A stretch of 64,000 nucleotides of DNA from Alphaproteobacteria bacterium. GTDB taxonomy: Bacteria > Pseudomonadota > Alphaproteobacteria > UBA828. How positions within the stretch are numbered: the stretch's first letter is position 1; the number at the start of each line of letters is the position of its first letter. Shown in pieces: positions 1-9,538 of this stretch. Made by a program: the position numbers and the translations under genes. Where the stretch lies: the NCBI GenBank assembly GCA_965214705.1, contig OZ243972.1:3040001-3104000 (forward strand), in the 5' to 3' direction. The notes beneath the pieces are model-generated. The model was not told the DNA's origin and ran no database searches. It saw only the letters and a list, made by a program, of their open reading frames with translations.

Positions 1-42
1 TTGGCGTTCTCGCGCGGCGGCGCGGCCGCCGGGTCCAGATAG
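1..42 (+). CDS. 3' end of an upstream gene, probably traH (partial)
   Basis: Frame 1 reads LAFSRGGAAAGSR* and stops 2 nt before the traG ATG. traH precedes traG in F-type operons; synteny inference only. Confidence 0.35.
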   Translation: MAFSRGGAAAGSR

Positions 43-44
43 CC

Positions 45-2948
45 ATGTTCGAGCTCTTCACCCTCGGCGGCGGGACCTACCTGGTCGACCTGCTGAACGC
101 GGTGGCCGCGATCACCGGCGGCGGCGCCTATGTGATGCTGGCCCAGATCGCGGGCATCGGCGGGCTCGCCTGGGTGCTGTTCCGCACCGCCTTCGGCGGC
201 TCGTGGAAAGACAACGCGAAGTGGGTGCTGCTGTTCGTCGCCGTCTGGGGCGCGATGATCGTGCCCAAGGCCACCGTCAGGGTGGTCGACCGGCTCGATC
301 CCGCATTGGCGCCCGCGGTGGTGGCGAACGTGCCGGTGGGGCTCGCGCTGTTCGCCTCGCTCACCAGCCAGGTGGGCGACGGCCTCACGCGGCTCAGCGA
401 GCAGGCGTTCACGCTGCCGAACGATCTCGCATACCAGCGCCACGGGCTGATCTTCGGCGCAAGGCTCGCGGCCAAGGCGACGCGGCTCGAGGTCACCGAC
501 GCGGTGTTCGCACGGAACCTCAGGAACTACGCGAGGCAGTGCGTGTTCCACGCCCTGCTGCTGGGCCACGTCTCGGCCGATGACCTCCGGGAGTCGACCG
601 ACCTCTGGACGCTGGTGACCACGGCCCGCACCCCGTCGGCGGGCGCCTCGCCCGCGCGCATGGTGGAGTTCGCGACGCGGACCGGGGCGGGCACGGTGGA
701 CCGCGAGATCGTCACCTGCCTGGACGCGGCCGGCAGGCTGAACGCGCAGTGGACGGCCGAGCTCGCCCGGGCCGGCACCGTGTTCGGGCGAAGGCTCTTC
801 CCCGGTACGGCCACGGACGCGCTGGCCCGCGCGGAGCTGCTGGCGGCGCTGCCCGCCGCGCACGACTTCCTCATCGGCGCCTCGCGCTCGGCCGCCGAGA
901 TCATGCGCCAGCAGATGGTGCTGAACGCGGTCCACGCCGCCGGCGAGCAATGGGCGGCGGAGGCCGGCAACGCCGCGGCCTTGCGGGCCTATACCGAGGC
1001 CCGCGCCGAGGCCCAGACCGTCTCCGCCTACCGGGCGATCGGCAGGCAGGCCGAGACCTGGGTGCCTCTGCTCCGCATCGTCTTCGAGTGCCTCTATGTC
1101 GGCGCCTTCCCGATGGCGGTGCTGCTGATGCTGACGCCTGCGGGGGCGGCGATATTCCGGTCCTACGTGACCGGCCTCATATGGCTCCAGTCCTGGGGGC
1201 CGCTCTACGCCATCCTGCACCGCATCTCGATGGGCGAGGCGGCAGAGCGCATGAGCGCCGCGGCCATGATGCCGGGGGGCGATATCGGCATCTCGCTGGT
1301 GGCCCAGGCGGGGATCAGGGCGGTGGCGTCCGACGTCGCGGTGATGTCGGGCTATCTCTCGATGTCGGTGCCGTTCCTCGCCGCCGCGCTTGCCTACGGG
1401 CTCTCCAAGGCCACCGTGCTCGCGACTTCGGTGCTGGCCGTCGGCCAGGACGCGGCCTCGTCCGCCGCCCATGAGGGCACCACCGGAAACATCGCGCTCG
1501 CCAGCACGGCTTACGACACCCATCGGTTCGCGACGCTGGAAGGCCGCCAGGTCCGCACCTCTCCCCATGTCGATACCGATCGCCATACCGGCTACGCGCC
1601 CGGCGGCGCGGCCGTCACGGTGACCGGCGACGGCACCGTCGTCGCCGACGTGAGGACCGCCACCAGCAACATCCCCGCCGCCGCGATACGGATGTCCGAG
1701 TCGCTCACGACGCACTTCGAGGAACGCGCCGGCGAGGCGCGCACCCTCGCGCGGCACCTGTCGATGGAGGCCGGTAGCGCGCGCAACGCCGCCGTCACCG
1801 ACGCCACCGCGCTGGTCGAGCGCTACAGCCACGACGTGAGTACGGGCGAAGCCTTCGCCAGGGGCGTCACGGAGAGCGAGAGCGGCCAGGTCCAGGCGCT
1901 CGAATCGCACATGCAGAAACTCGCCGAGACGGCGGGGATCTCGAAGAGCCAGGCGCTGATGCTGACCGGGGAGGCGAAGATCGGCGGAAGCTGGGACAAG
2001 ATCGTGAGCCTGGGCGCCGGGGGCTCCGCCACCTGGCGCGGCCAGACCATCGAGTCCGACGACTGGAACCGGGTGAAGGACTACGCCGAGAGCCAGCAGG
2101 TGACGGACCTCTGGTCCCGGGTGATGGACGCATCGAGGCGCTACTCCACCAGCACCGGAGAGAGCGAGGCGGCGAGCCTGGACGAGAGTTATTCGGCCAA
2201 CCTCACCCGGATGCGGAGCTTCAGCGAGCGCGCCTCGATGGCGCACACGGAAGCCGAGAGCTGGTCGGAACAGTCCGCCCGGGTCGAGGCGCGGGCGCAG
2301 ACGATCGACCGCGACATGGGCCAGGCCTTCTTCGTCTGGCTCGCCGATCGTCCGGGCGCGGACGGCAGGCCGATCGGCACGGCCGGGGCGATCCGCATCG
2401 GCGAGGTCCAGACGCCCGAGGACGCGCAGGTACTGCGCGAATATGCGGCAGCCTTCGTCGCCGAGCGCTTTCCCGCTCCTGCCGGCCCCGACCCGGCGGA
2501 GATCGGCGGGCGCGCCGAGTACGACGCGGTGCGGGACGGGTACGCAGAGTCCAACGTCCGCGAAATCTCCGGGGCCAGCGAGGGCTGGCGCCGGGACGCG
2601 CGGGACCGCGCCGGCGCGGCGGGCGCGCCCGGGCCGGGTGAGGTCGAGAGCGACGCGATCCGCGAGCGCGCGGCGACCAAGGCGGACATGACGGTGAGCG
2701 AGGCCGGGCGCGAGGCGCGCACCGGGATCGCGCGGGAACGGACGCGCGAGGGCCAGGCGGCGACGGGCGTCGAGGCCGACAAGCCGCTGGAGCGCCATGC
2801 CACGGAGAGCGTGCCGCTGATCGGCGGCTGGCTCGCCGGCAAGCTGTTCGGCACCGCCGAAAATGCCGCGCCGGACGGGATCGAGGGCCGGCCGGCCGAC
2901 GACCCGTCGGTCCGCGACCGGGGCGCGGCGGGGGGAGAGGCGCGGTGA
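45..2948 (+). CDS. traG: F-type conjugative mating-pair stabilisation protein TraG (967 aa)
   Basis: Multi-TM N-terminal TraG_N-like region (V+NVP+GLA, WLQSWGPLYAILH, GYLSMSVP), long Ser/Thr/Ala-rich C-terminus, located upstream of traD and the relaxase. Confidence 0.9.
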   Translation: MFELFTLGGGTYLVDLLNAVAAITGGGAYVMLAQIAGIGGLAWVLFRTAFGGSWKDNAKWVLLFVAVWGAMIVPKATVRVVDRLDPALAPAVVANVPVGLALFASLTSQVGDGLTRLSEQAFTLPNDLAYQRHGLIFGARLAAKATRLEVTDAVFARNLRNYARQCVFHALLLGHVSADDLRESTDLWTLVTTARTPSAGASPARMVEFATRTGAGTVDREIVTCLDAAGRLNAQWTAELARAGTVFGRRLFPGTATDALARAELLAALPAAHDFLIGASRSAAEIMRQQMVLNAVHAAGEQWAAEAGNAAALRAYTEARAEAQTVSAYRAIGRQAETWVPLLRIVFECLYVGAFPMAVLLMLTPAGAAIFRSYVTGLIWLQSWGPLYAILHRISMGEAAERMSAAAMMPGGDIGISLVAQAGIRAVASDVAVMSGYLSMSVPFLAAALAYGLSKATVLATSVLAVGQDAASSAAHEGTTGNIALASTAYDTHRFATLEGRQVRTSPHVDTDRHTGYAPGGAAVTVTGDGTVVADVRTATSNIPAAAIRMSESLTTHFEERAGEARTLARHLSMEAGSARNAAVTDATALVERYSHDVSTGEAFARGVTESESGQVQALESHMQKLAETAGISKSQALMLTGEAKIGGSWDKIVSLGAGGSATWRGQTIESDDWNRVKDYAESQQVTDLWSRVMDASRRYSTSTGESEAASLDESYSANLTRMRSFSERASMAHTEAESWSEQSARVEARAQTIDRDMGQAFFVWLADRPGADGRPIGTAGAIRIGEVQTPEDAQVLREYAAAFVAERFPAPAGPDPAEIGGRAEYDAVRDGYAESNVREISGASEGWRRDARDRAGAAGAPGPGEVESDAIRERAATKADMTVSEAGREARTGIARERTREGQAATGVEADKPLERHATESVPLIGGWLAGKLFGTAENAAPDGIEGRPADDPSVRDRGAAGGEAR

Positions 2949-2959
2949 CAAATCGGTGC

Positions 2960-3373
2960 TCAGGGATCCTGGTCGGGGTTGCGGAGCCCGTCGTCGCCGA
3001 GCAGGCGCTCGCGGCCGTCGGCTATCCGCATGTACGCGAACGCGCCGGTCCGGGTGTTCCAGTCGAAGCTCTCTCCACGGATGTCGGGCACGCACCCGTG
3101 CCGGCGCCGGCCGCCGCTGAAAGCGGACCAGTCCCCGTGAAGGAAGCCGCTCCGGAGCGCGCAGGCGAGGCTGGCGAGTGCCGTCCAGGCAACGGCAACC
3201 AGCCACATGAACCCGACGATCCCGCCGTCCGCGCCGAGGGCGAACGAGACAGGGGTGGCAGGCACGGCAAGCGTGAGGCCGCCCAGCACGAAGGCGCGCT
3301 CGCGCCAGGTGGAGCGGCGCGGCGGCTCATCCGGTTCGGGACGGCGGGACGTGCGTCGGGAGTTGCGTGCCAT
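2960..3373 (-). CDS. small membrane protein convergent with traG, entry-exclusion candidate
   Basis: 137 aa with two hydrophobic segments, RBS-like GGAGA upstream, stop 11 nt beyond the traG stop. Confidence 0.55.
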   Translation of the reverse strand: MARNSRRTSRRPEPDEPPRRSTWRERAFVLGGLTLAVPATPVSFALGADGGIVGFMWLVAVAWTALASLACALRSGFLHGDWSAFSGGRRRHGCVPDIRGESFDWNTRTGAFAYMRIADGRERLLGDDGLRNPDQDP

Positions 3374-3621
3374 GACGGAGATCTCCGTTGCGGGGTGCGG
3401 GGCGGGACGGAAGGCCTGGAGCCGGGTGCGCCGCTCCCTCTCCCGCCTAGGCCCCTTCGCCCCCTCCCGGCCCGGCTCGGCCTCCTGCCGGCGCCCGCCG
3501 GCAAACCCCGAACGATCGCGACGGTCCGCCGCGGCAGCGTTGCCCGCGACCTTCGCGCACCCATTACGCCCACGCCGGCAGGGCCGGCGCGGTTCGTTTC
3601 AACCAGGAGGAGGACAGAACG

Positions 3622-4152
3622 ATGCTGCACATCAACCGAGTGACGCTGCCGGGCCATGCCGGGCGCGACCCCGACATCCGCGCCCTGCCGGACGGCGGCC
3701 GCGCCGCCGCGTTCAGCCTGGCCACGACCGAGAGGTGGAAGCGCGCTGACGGCGGCAGCGCCGAGCGCACCGAGTGGCACCGCATCGCCGTCTACGGCCC
3801 CGCCGTCGACCCGGTCGAGGCGATGGTGAGGAAGGGCGCCGCGGTGCTCGTCGAGGGCCGTCTCGCGCACCGCGAGTTCAGGGACCGCGAGGGCCGGGAC
3901 CGGCAAATCGCCGAGATCGTCGTCGCCGGCCCGCAGGGGATCGTCAACGTGCTTTCACCCAGGCCCGCGGGCGGAGCGGATGCGGCGGAGGCTCCGGCGG
4001 CGGAGAACCCCGGCCGGGAGGAGAGCGCCGCCGACGATGCCGGAGACTCTCGAGCCGTAGACTCTCGAGCCGTAGACCCTCGGGCCGTAGACCCCCGGGC
4101 CGGGGAGCCGGTGCCCCCGGCCCCTCCCTCCGGCGCGGAGGCCGGCCGATGA
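3622..4152 (+). CDS. ssb: single-stranded DNA-binding protein (copy 1, no acidic C-terminal tip)
   Basis: INRVTL.G..GRDP, FSLAT, TEWHRI and KG..VLVEGRL OB-fold motifs; strong RBS AGGAGGA. Confidence 0.9.
   Translation: MLHINRVTLPGHAGRDPDIRALPDGGRAAAFSLATTERWKRADGGSAERTEWHRIAVYGPAVDPVEAMVRKGAAVLVEGRLAHREFRDREGRDRQIAEIVVAGPQGIVNVLSPRPAGGADAAEAPAAENPGREESAADDAGDSRAVDSRAVDPRAVDPRAGEPVPPAPPSGAEAGR
4045..4104 (+). repeat. 4 x 15-bp tandem repeat in the ssb linker (DSRAV/DSRAV/DPRAV/DPRAG)
   Basis: gactctcgagccgta x2, gaccctcgggccgta, gacccccgggccggg. Confidence 0.9.
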
Positions 4153-6170
4153 GCAAGGTGGGCAGCAACACCCTGCGCGGCGGCCAGACCTTCTTCCACG
4201 GGCTCCGCATGTGGGGCCAGATGGTGCGCCCCGCGCTGTTCGTGACCGCGCTCTGCGTGGTGGCCTTCCCGGCCTGGAACACCTACCGCGAAACCGAATG
4301 GTACGACTGGTACGCGTCCGGCATGGCGACCCTCGCCGAGGCCAAGCTCGCGCTCGGCTACAGCGAGACCTCCGGCCAGGAGGTCAAGATGCGGGACGGG
4401 CGGTACGAGACGATGTCCATCCTCGACCTCGCCGCCTCGACCGACGCGCTCCGGACCCGCGAGAGGCTGAGGGACCGGGTGTTCGCGGGCGCGCGCGACG
4501 GCGCCCTGGCGTCGGCGGCGGCGATGCCCCTGATCCTGGCGCTGTTCTGGTTCCGGGGCCGCCGGCTCAACCGGGCGACGCGCATCCGGGGCGCCGAACT
4601 CGCCACCGCGCGGCAGCTCCGCCGGCGGGTGCGGCCCGTACACCGGCGGCTGCGCGACGCGCTGTTCGCACGCCCCGCACCGTACACGATCGCGGGCGTG
4701 CCATTCCCGGACCGGGCCGAGACCCGCCATACCATCGTCTCCGGCACCACCGGATCGGGCAAGACCGTGCTGATCTCGGATCTGGTGGCCCAGATCAGGG
4801 ACCGCGGCGAGCGCTGCGTCGTCTACGACAAGATGGGGAGCTACACGCGGAGCTTCTACGATCCCGACCGGGACGTGCTGCTCAATCCGCTCGATGCCAG
4901 GGCGCCCCGCTGGTCGCCCTTCCACGAAGCAAGAAGCCCGCGCGACTTCGACACCATGGCGGCGGCGCTGATCCCGCAGCAGAAGGACACCGTCGATCCC
5001 TTCTGGGTCACCGCCGCCCGCCAGCTCTTCGCCAACGGGGCGGGCGTGCTGCGCGAGAAGGGCGTCACGGAAAACAGCGTACTGGTCGACCACCTGCTCA
5101 AGACCGAGCTTGCCGCGCTGGCGGAGGCCATGGAGGGCACCGTCGCGCAGTCCATCGTCGATCCCGAGAACCCCAAGACCGCGCTCAGCGTGCGCGCCAT
5201 GCTGACCGCTCATCTCGGCGCGCTCGAGGTGCTCTCCGACGACGGAACCCCGTTCTCGATCCGCGACTGGATCGCCGACGAGGACCGGGGCGGCCACCGG
5301 GGCGGCCACAGAGGTGGCTTCCTGTTCCTCACCTCGCGCGCCGACCAGCACGCGAGCCTGCGCGGGCTGATCTCCACCTGGATCGAGATCGCGGTCAACG
5401 CCATGCTGTCGCTCGAACAGGACGACGAGCGCCGCATCTGGGTGGTGCTCGACGAACTGCCCACCCTGCACCAGGTGCCCTCGCTTCAGCCCGGTCTCGC
5501 CGAATCCCGCCAGTTCGGCGGCTGCTTCGTGCTCGGCATCCAGGTGATCTCGGCGCTCCGCGACCTCTATGGACGCAACGGCGCGGAGACCATCTCCGGG
5601 CTCTGCGGCACCCGCGCGGTGCTCTCGGCGCCGGACGAGGACACCGCGCGCTGGTCGGCGGCCTCGCTCGGGCGGGCCGAGGTCGAGGAGGCGGTCGAGG
5701 GGCTCTCCTACGGCGCCAACACCATCCGCGACGGGGTCTCGCTCACGCCGCGGCGCGAGCTGCGCCCGCTGGCGCTGGCGTCCGAGATCATGCGGCTCGA
5801 AAGCCTGCACGGCTATCTCCGCTTCCCCGGACCGCTGCCGGCCGCGACGATCGCGCTCGACTACGTCGACCGGCCGAAGCGGGCGGAGCGCTTCGCGGCG
5901 CGGCGCGATGCGCACGCGCCCGAGGCGGAGAAGGCCGGGCAGTCGGCCGGATCGCGCGAAGGCGCGGGGCAGGATGGCGACGCGGAACAGGGCGAGCTGG
6001 CGCTCGGGTCCCCGCACCAGGCGGCGGCGGAGCCGCGGGACGGTGCGGAATCCGGGACGGGTGAGTCCGGTGCGGCGACCTCGCCGCCCGGCGATAACGC
6101 CGGCGCGGACGCGGCGGTCGACGAGACCGGGGAGAAGGCGCCGGGCGAGCACCGCCTGAGGCAACCCTGA
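4149..6170 (+). CDS. traD: type IV coupling protein TraD/TrwB family
   Basis: ATGA overlap with the ssb stop; N-terminal TM segments, Walker A GTTGSGKT, Walker B LDELP, ESRQFGG. Confidence 0.93.
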   Translation: MSKVGSNTLRGGQTFFHGLRMWGQMVRPALFVTALCVVAFPAWNTYRETEWYDWYASGMATLAEAKLALGYSETSGQEVKMRDGRYETMSILDLAASTDALRTRERLRDRVFAGARDGALASAAAMPLILALFWFRGRRLNRATRIRGAELATARQLRRRVRPVHRRLRDALFARPAPYTIAGVPFPDRAETRHTIVSGTTGSGKTVLISDLVAQIRDRGERCVVYDKMGSYTRSFYDPDRDVLLNPLDARAPRWSPFHEARSPRDFDTMAAALIPQQKDTVDPFWVTAARQLFANGAGVLREKGVTENSVLVDHLLKTELAALAEAMEGTVAQSIVDPENPKTALSVRAMLTAHLGALEVLSDDGTPFSIRDWIADEDRGGHRGGHRGGFLFLTSRADQHASLRGLISTWIEIAVNAMLSLEQDDERRIWVVLDELPTLHQVPSLQPGLAESRQFGGCFVLGIQVISALRDLYGRNGAETISGLCGTRAVLSAPDEDTARWSAASLGRAEVEEAVEGLSYGANTIRDGVSLTPRRELRPLALASEIMRLESLHGYLRFPGPLPAATIALDYVDRPKRAERFAARRDAHAPEAEKAGQSAGSREGAGQDGDAEQGELALGSPHQAAAEPRDGAESGTGESGAATSPPGDNAGADAAVDETGEKAPGEHRLRQP

Positions 6171-6171
6171 C

Positions 6172-9138
6172 ATGGTGGCCTCGATCGGGGCGGTGGCAGC
6201 GCCGGCGCAGGGGGCGAGCTATTACGAAAGGGACGGGTATTACGCCCGGGACTCGCCCGATCACCGGGAAGCCAGCGCCTGGGCCGGGAACGGCGCGGCG
6301 GAACTCGGTCTCGAAGGCCCGGTCGACCCCGACACCTTCCGGGCGGTCCTCGAAGGCCGCGTGCCGGACGGCTCCGGCAGGCAGCTCGGCAGGCGCGGCG
6401 GAGACGGCGGAATCCATCACCGTCCCGGCCGCGACCTCACATTCAGCGCCCCCAAATCCGTCTCCCTCGCAGCGCTGGTCGGCGGCGACGCGCGCGCGAT
6501 CGATGCCCACGACCGCGCCGTCGGCCGCGCGCTCGACTGGTTCGAGCGGAACGCCGCCGAGACCCGGATGACGGACCCGGAAACGGGCCGCATGGCGCGG
6601 ACCGGAAACCAGAAGGCGGTGATCGCCACCTTCCGGCACGACGCATCCAGGAATCTCGATCCAGCGCTGCACACCCACGCCGTCATTGCCAACATGGTGC
6701 GGGGCGAGGACGGAAAATGGCGTTCGATGGCGAACGAGAGGCTCTACGCCTCGAAGATGCTGCTCGGCGCCCTCTACCGCAACGAGCTCGCGGCCGAGCT
6801 CGCAAAGCTCGGCTACGGCATCGAGAAGACCCATGCCGACGGGCGGTTCGAGATCGCGGGCGTCCCGCGGGACGTCATCGAGGCGTACTCCACGCGCCGC
6901 GCCGAGATCGAGGCCGAGATCGCCCGGCAGGGAGCCGGAGGCACGGCGGAGAACCAGCGACTCGCCCAGCGCGCGGCGCTGTTCACCCGCGCCGCCAAGC
7001 GCGACGTCGACCGCGTCGCGCTCCGCGAGAACTGGCTGGGACAGGCGGCGGCGCTGGGCTTCGATGCCCGCGGCCTGGTCGCCGAAGCGGGTGCTCGTCA
7101 AGCCGGTCTGGAAGCCGTTCACGACGGCGACGCCGGTCGCGCGGCGAGGGTCGCCAGGGAGGCGGAGCCGGGCCCCTCGCCTGCCGTCCATTCCGGCGGA
7201 ACGGCGGCCGCGCGCGAGGCCGGGCCGAACGGTCCGGCGGGCGCCGCCGTGACCTGGGCCGTCTCCCACCTCTCGGAACGCGAGGCCGTGTTCGCGCGCA
7301 CCGACCTGCTCGCCGCCGCTCTCGCCTTCAGCCCCGGCGCCGCGCCCGCGGGAGAGATCGAGCGCGAGGTCGCGGCGCTGGAGAAGGCCGGAACCATGCA
7401 CGCCGCCCGCCTGCCGGGGATGGACGGTCTGCTCACCACCGACCGCGCGCTTGCCGACGAGCGCGAGACCGCTTCCCTCATGGAGGCCGGACAGGGGCGC
7501 GGCGCCGTCCCCATGCGCGCCCGCGCCGTCGACAAGGCGCTCCGCAACGGCCCTCTCACCCAGGGCCAGAAGGAGGCGGTGAAGCTCATCCTGTCCGCAA
7601 ACGACCGCACCGTCGGCGTCCAGGGCTATGCCGGCACCGGCAAGACCACCATGCTGCGGCGCGCCCGCGCGCTCATGGAGAAGAAGGGATACGAGGTGAA
7701 GGGTCTCGCGCCCTCCGCTTCCGCCGCCCGCACGCTGGAGACCGAGGCCGGTATTGCATCGGAGACTCTCCAGCGCTTCCTCGCGCGCTATGCCGGCGTC
7801 GCCGAAGGCCGCATGACGAGGAAGGGCGCCCGCGAAATGCGCGCGTCGTTCAGGAACACGGCGTTAGTGGTCGACGAGGGCTCGCTTGCGTCGACCGTCC
7901 AGACCCGCGACCTGCTCAGGATCGCCGACGCTCTCCGCATCCCCCGCGTGGTGCTGGTGGGCGATGCCAAGCAGCTCGACGCCGTCGATGCCGGAAAGCC
8001 CTTCGCCCAGCTCCAGGCCGCCGGCATGAAGACCGCGGTCATGGACGAGATCATGCGCCAGCGCGACCGCGCTCTGAAGGCGGCGGTCGAGGCGAGCCTC
8101 GCGGGCGAGATCGCCAAGGCCTTCGAGAAGCTGGGATCGAACATAGCCGAAGTGAAACCGGACAACCTCGCGGGCGCCGCCGCCGCGCGCTGGCTCGCGC
8201 TGTCGCCGGACCAGCGCGCGAGGACCGGGCTGATGGCGCCGAGCCACGGGCTCCGCGAGCGCATCAACGAGATCGTGCGCGAGCGCCTGGTCCGCGACGG
8301 CGCCGTCCACGGCCCGGCCATGAATGCCGAACGCCTGGTCTCCCGCGGCTACACGAACGCCGAGAAGACGCTCGCCGCCAACTACGCGCCCGGCGACGTG
8401 GTGGCCTTCCACCGCCCCTACAAGCGGCTCGGCGTCGACAAGGGCGACGAGCTCCGCGTCCTCGGCGTCGACCGCCGGGCCCACGCGGTGACGCTCCGGG
8501 GGAAGGGCGGCCGGGAGGTCGCCTGGGATCCCAACCGGCTCGCGGCCCGCACCGGCGGGGTCGAGGTCTACCGCGCCGAGGAGATCGAGCTTCGTGCGGG
8601 AGACCGCATCCGCTGGACCCGCAACGACATGGGCCTTGGGCTGCTCAACTCCGGCATCGCCGAGGTGGCGGCGGTCAGGGACGGAAAGGTCACGTTCCGC
8701 CTCGAGGACGGGCGGATGCTCGATCTCGGCCCCGGCGATGCGCAGCTCCGCCATATCGACCGCGCATGGGCCGCGACCGTGCACGCGTTCCAGGGCCGCA
8801 CGGTCGACAACGTCATCGCGGCGATGGAGGCCAATCACGCGAAACTGACCACGCAGAAGTCATTCTACGTCGAGATCAGCCGCGCGCGCGACCGCGCCGA
8901 GCTCGTCACCGACGACAGGAACGTGCTCCGGGAGACCCTCGAAGCCGTCACCGGGGAGCGCATCGCCGCGCTGGAGGCGGTTGGGGCACAACACAGGCAG
9001 GATCGCGAGCGACCACTAGAAACGGATCTGAAGCAAGTTTCGGAACGGAAAAAGGGAAGCCCGCAGGAGCGCTCGCCGAAGTTCGACATGGAAAGAATGC
9101 GCGCGCCCAAGAGCGCCGACCGCGAGTTCTCGTTGTAG
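6172..9138 (+). CDS. traI: MOBF relaxase-helicase (TraI/TrwC family)
   Basis: YY..DGYY catalytic tyrosines, DLTFSAPKSVS, HDASR..DP.LHTH HUH motif, helicase motifs GYAGTGKTT and HAFQGRT. Confidence 0.95.
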   Translation: MVASIGAVAAPAQGASYYERDGYYARDSPDHREASAWAGNGAAELGLEGPVDPDTFRAVLEGRVPDGSGRQLGRRGGDGGIHHRPGRDLTFSAPKSVSLAALVGGDARAIDAHDRAVGRALDWFERNAAETRMTDPETGRMARTGNQKAVIATFRHDASRNLDPALHTHAVIANMVRGEDGKWRSMANERLYASKMLLGALYRNELAAELAKLGYGIEKTHADGRFEIAGVPRDVIEAYSTRRAEIEAEIARQGAGGTAENQRLAQRAALFTRAAKRDVDRVALRENWLGQAAALGFDARGLVAEAGARQAGLEAVHDGDAGRAARVAREAEPGPSPAVHSGGTAAAREAGPNGPAGAAVTWAVSHLSEREAVFARTDLLAAALAFSPGAAPAGEIEREVAALEKAGTMHAARLPGMDGLLTTDRALADERETASLMEAGQGRGAVPMRARAVDKALRNGPLTQGQKEAVKLILSANDRTVGVQGYAGTGKTTMLRRARALMEKKGYEVKGLAPSASAARTLETEAGIASETLQRFLARYAGVAEGRMTRKGAREMRASFRNTALVVDEGSLASTVQTRDLLRIADALRIPRVVLVGDAKQLDAVDAGKPFAQLQAAGMKTAVMDEIMRQRDRALKAAVEASLAGEIAKAFEKLGSNIAEVKPDNLAGAAAARWLALSPDQRARTGLMAPSHGLRERINEIVRERLVRDGAVHGPAMNAERLVSRGYTNAEKTLAANYAPGDVVAFHRPYKRLGVDKGDELRVLGVDRRAHAVTLRGKGGREVAWDPNRLAARTGGVEVYRAEEIELRAGDRIRWTRNDMGLGLLNSGIAEVAAVRDGKVTFRLEDGRMLDLGPGDAQLRHIDRAWAATVHAFQGRTVDNVIAAMEANHAKLTTQKSFYVEISRARDRAELVTDDRNVLRETLEAVTGERIAALEAVGAQHRQDRERPLETDLKQVSERKKGSPQERSPKFDMERMRAPKSADREFSL

Positions 9139-9169
9139 GAGAGCCATCGTCAGATTGCGGACATCACTT

Positions 9170-9400
9170 CTGGGATGGACCCGTCCACCAAGGGCATAAC
9201 GGACACAACTGCAATGTGGGAAACATCGGGGAAGCCGTGTGAGGTTCCGTCGATGGCGATTCCTGTCCGTCGTCGATAGGGGAGGCGGAGAAGCACCGGA
9301 TCGTCGCGAAGAGTTGACTGCTTGGGGTTTCGGTCGCGCTGGTGGCGCTTCGCAACGATGTCAACGCGAACCAAGCTTTCATCTGGGGTCGTCAGTAGCG
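9170..9400 (+). pseudogene. degenerate IS66 tnpA remnant
   Basis: From 9288 reads EKHRIVAKS*LLGVSVALVALRNDVNANQAFIW, resembling the TnpA at 55749-56204 (EKARIVSES..PGSSVAAVARRHGVS...KW); internal stop; boundaries approximate. Confidence 0.6.
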
Positions 9401-9538
9401 CGAGCAGGGCGGTTGCGTGTCGGTGGATATCGAGCCGGATCGCCTGCCACGTCTGGGCATCTGGAACGGTCTGTTACCCTGCTGTAGCCTGCGGGCGCTG
9501 GGTGCCCCGGCCGAACCGTACTGGATTAGCAAGTCGAC

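Noticed and set aside
3774-4148. N-terminal extension of traD in the ORF track
   Set aside because: Low-complexity Arg/Gly/Pro translation overlapping ssb in another frame; the ATG at 4149 couples to the ssb stop
5286-5318. Short RGGH tandem repeat in traD
   Set aside because: In-frame 12-bp slippage in a probable loop; no sign of function
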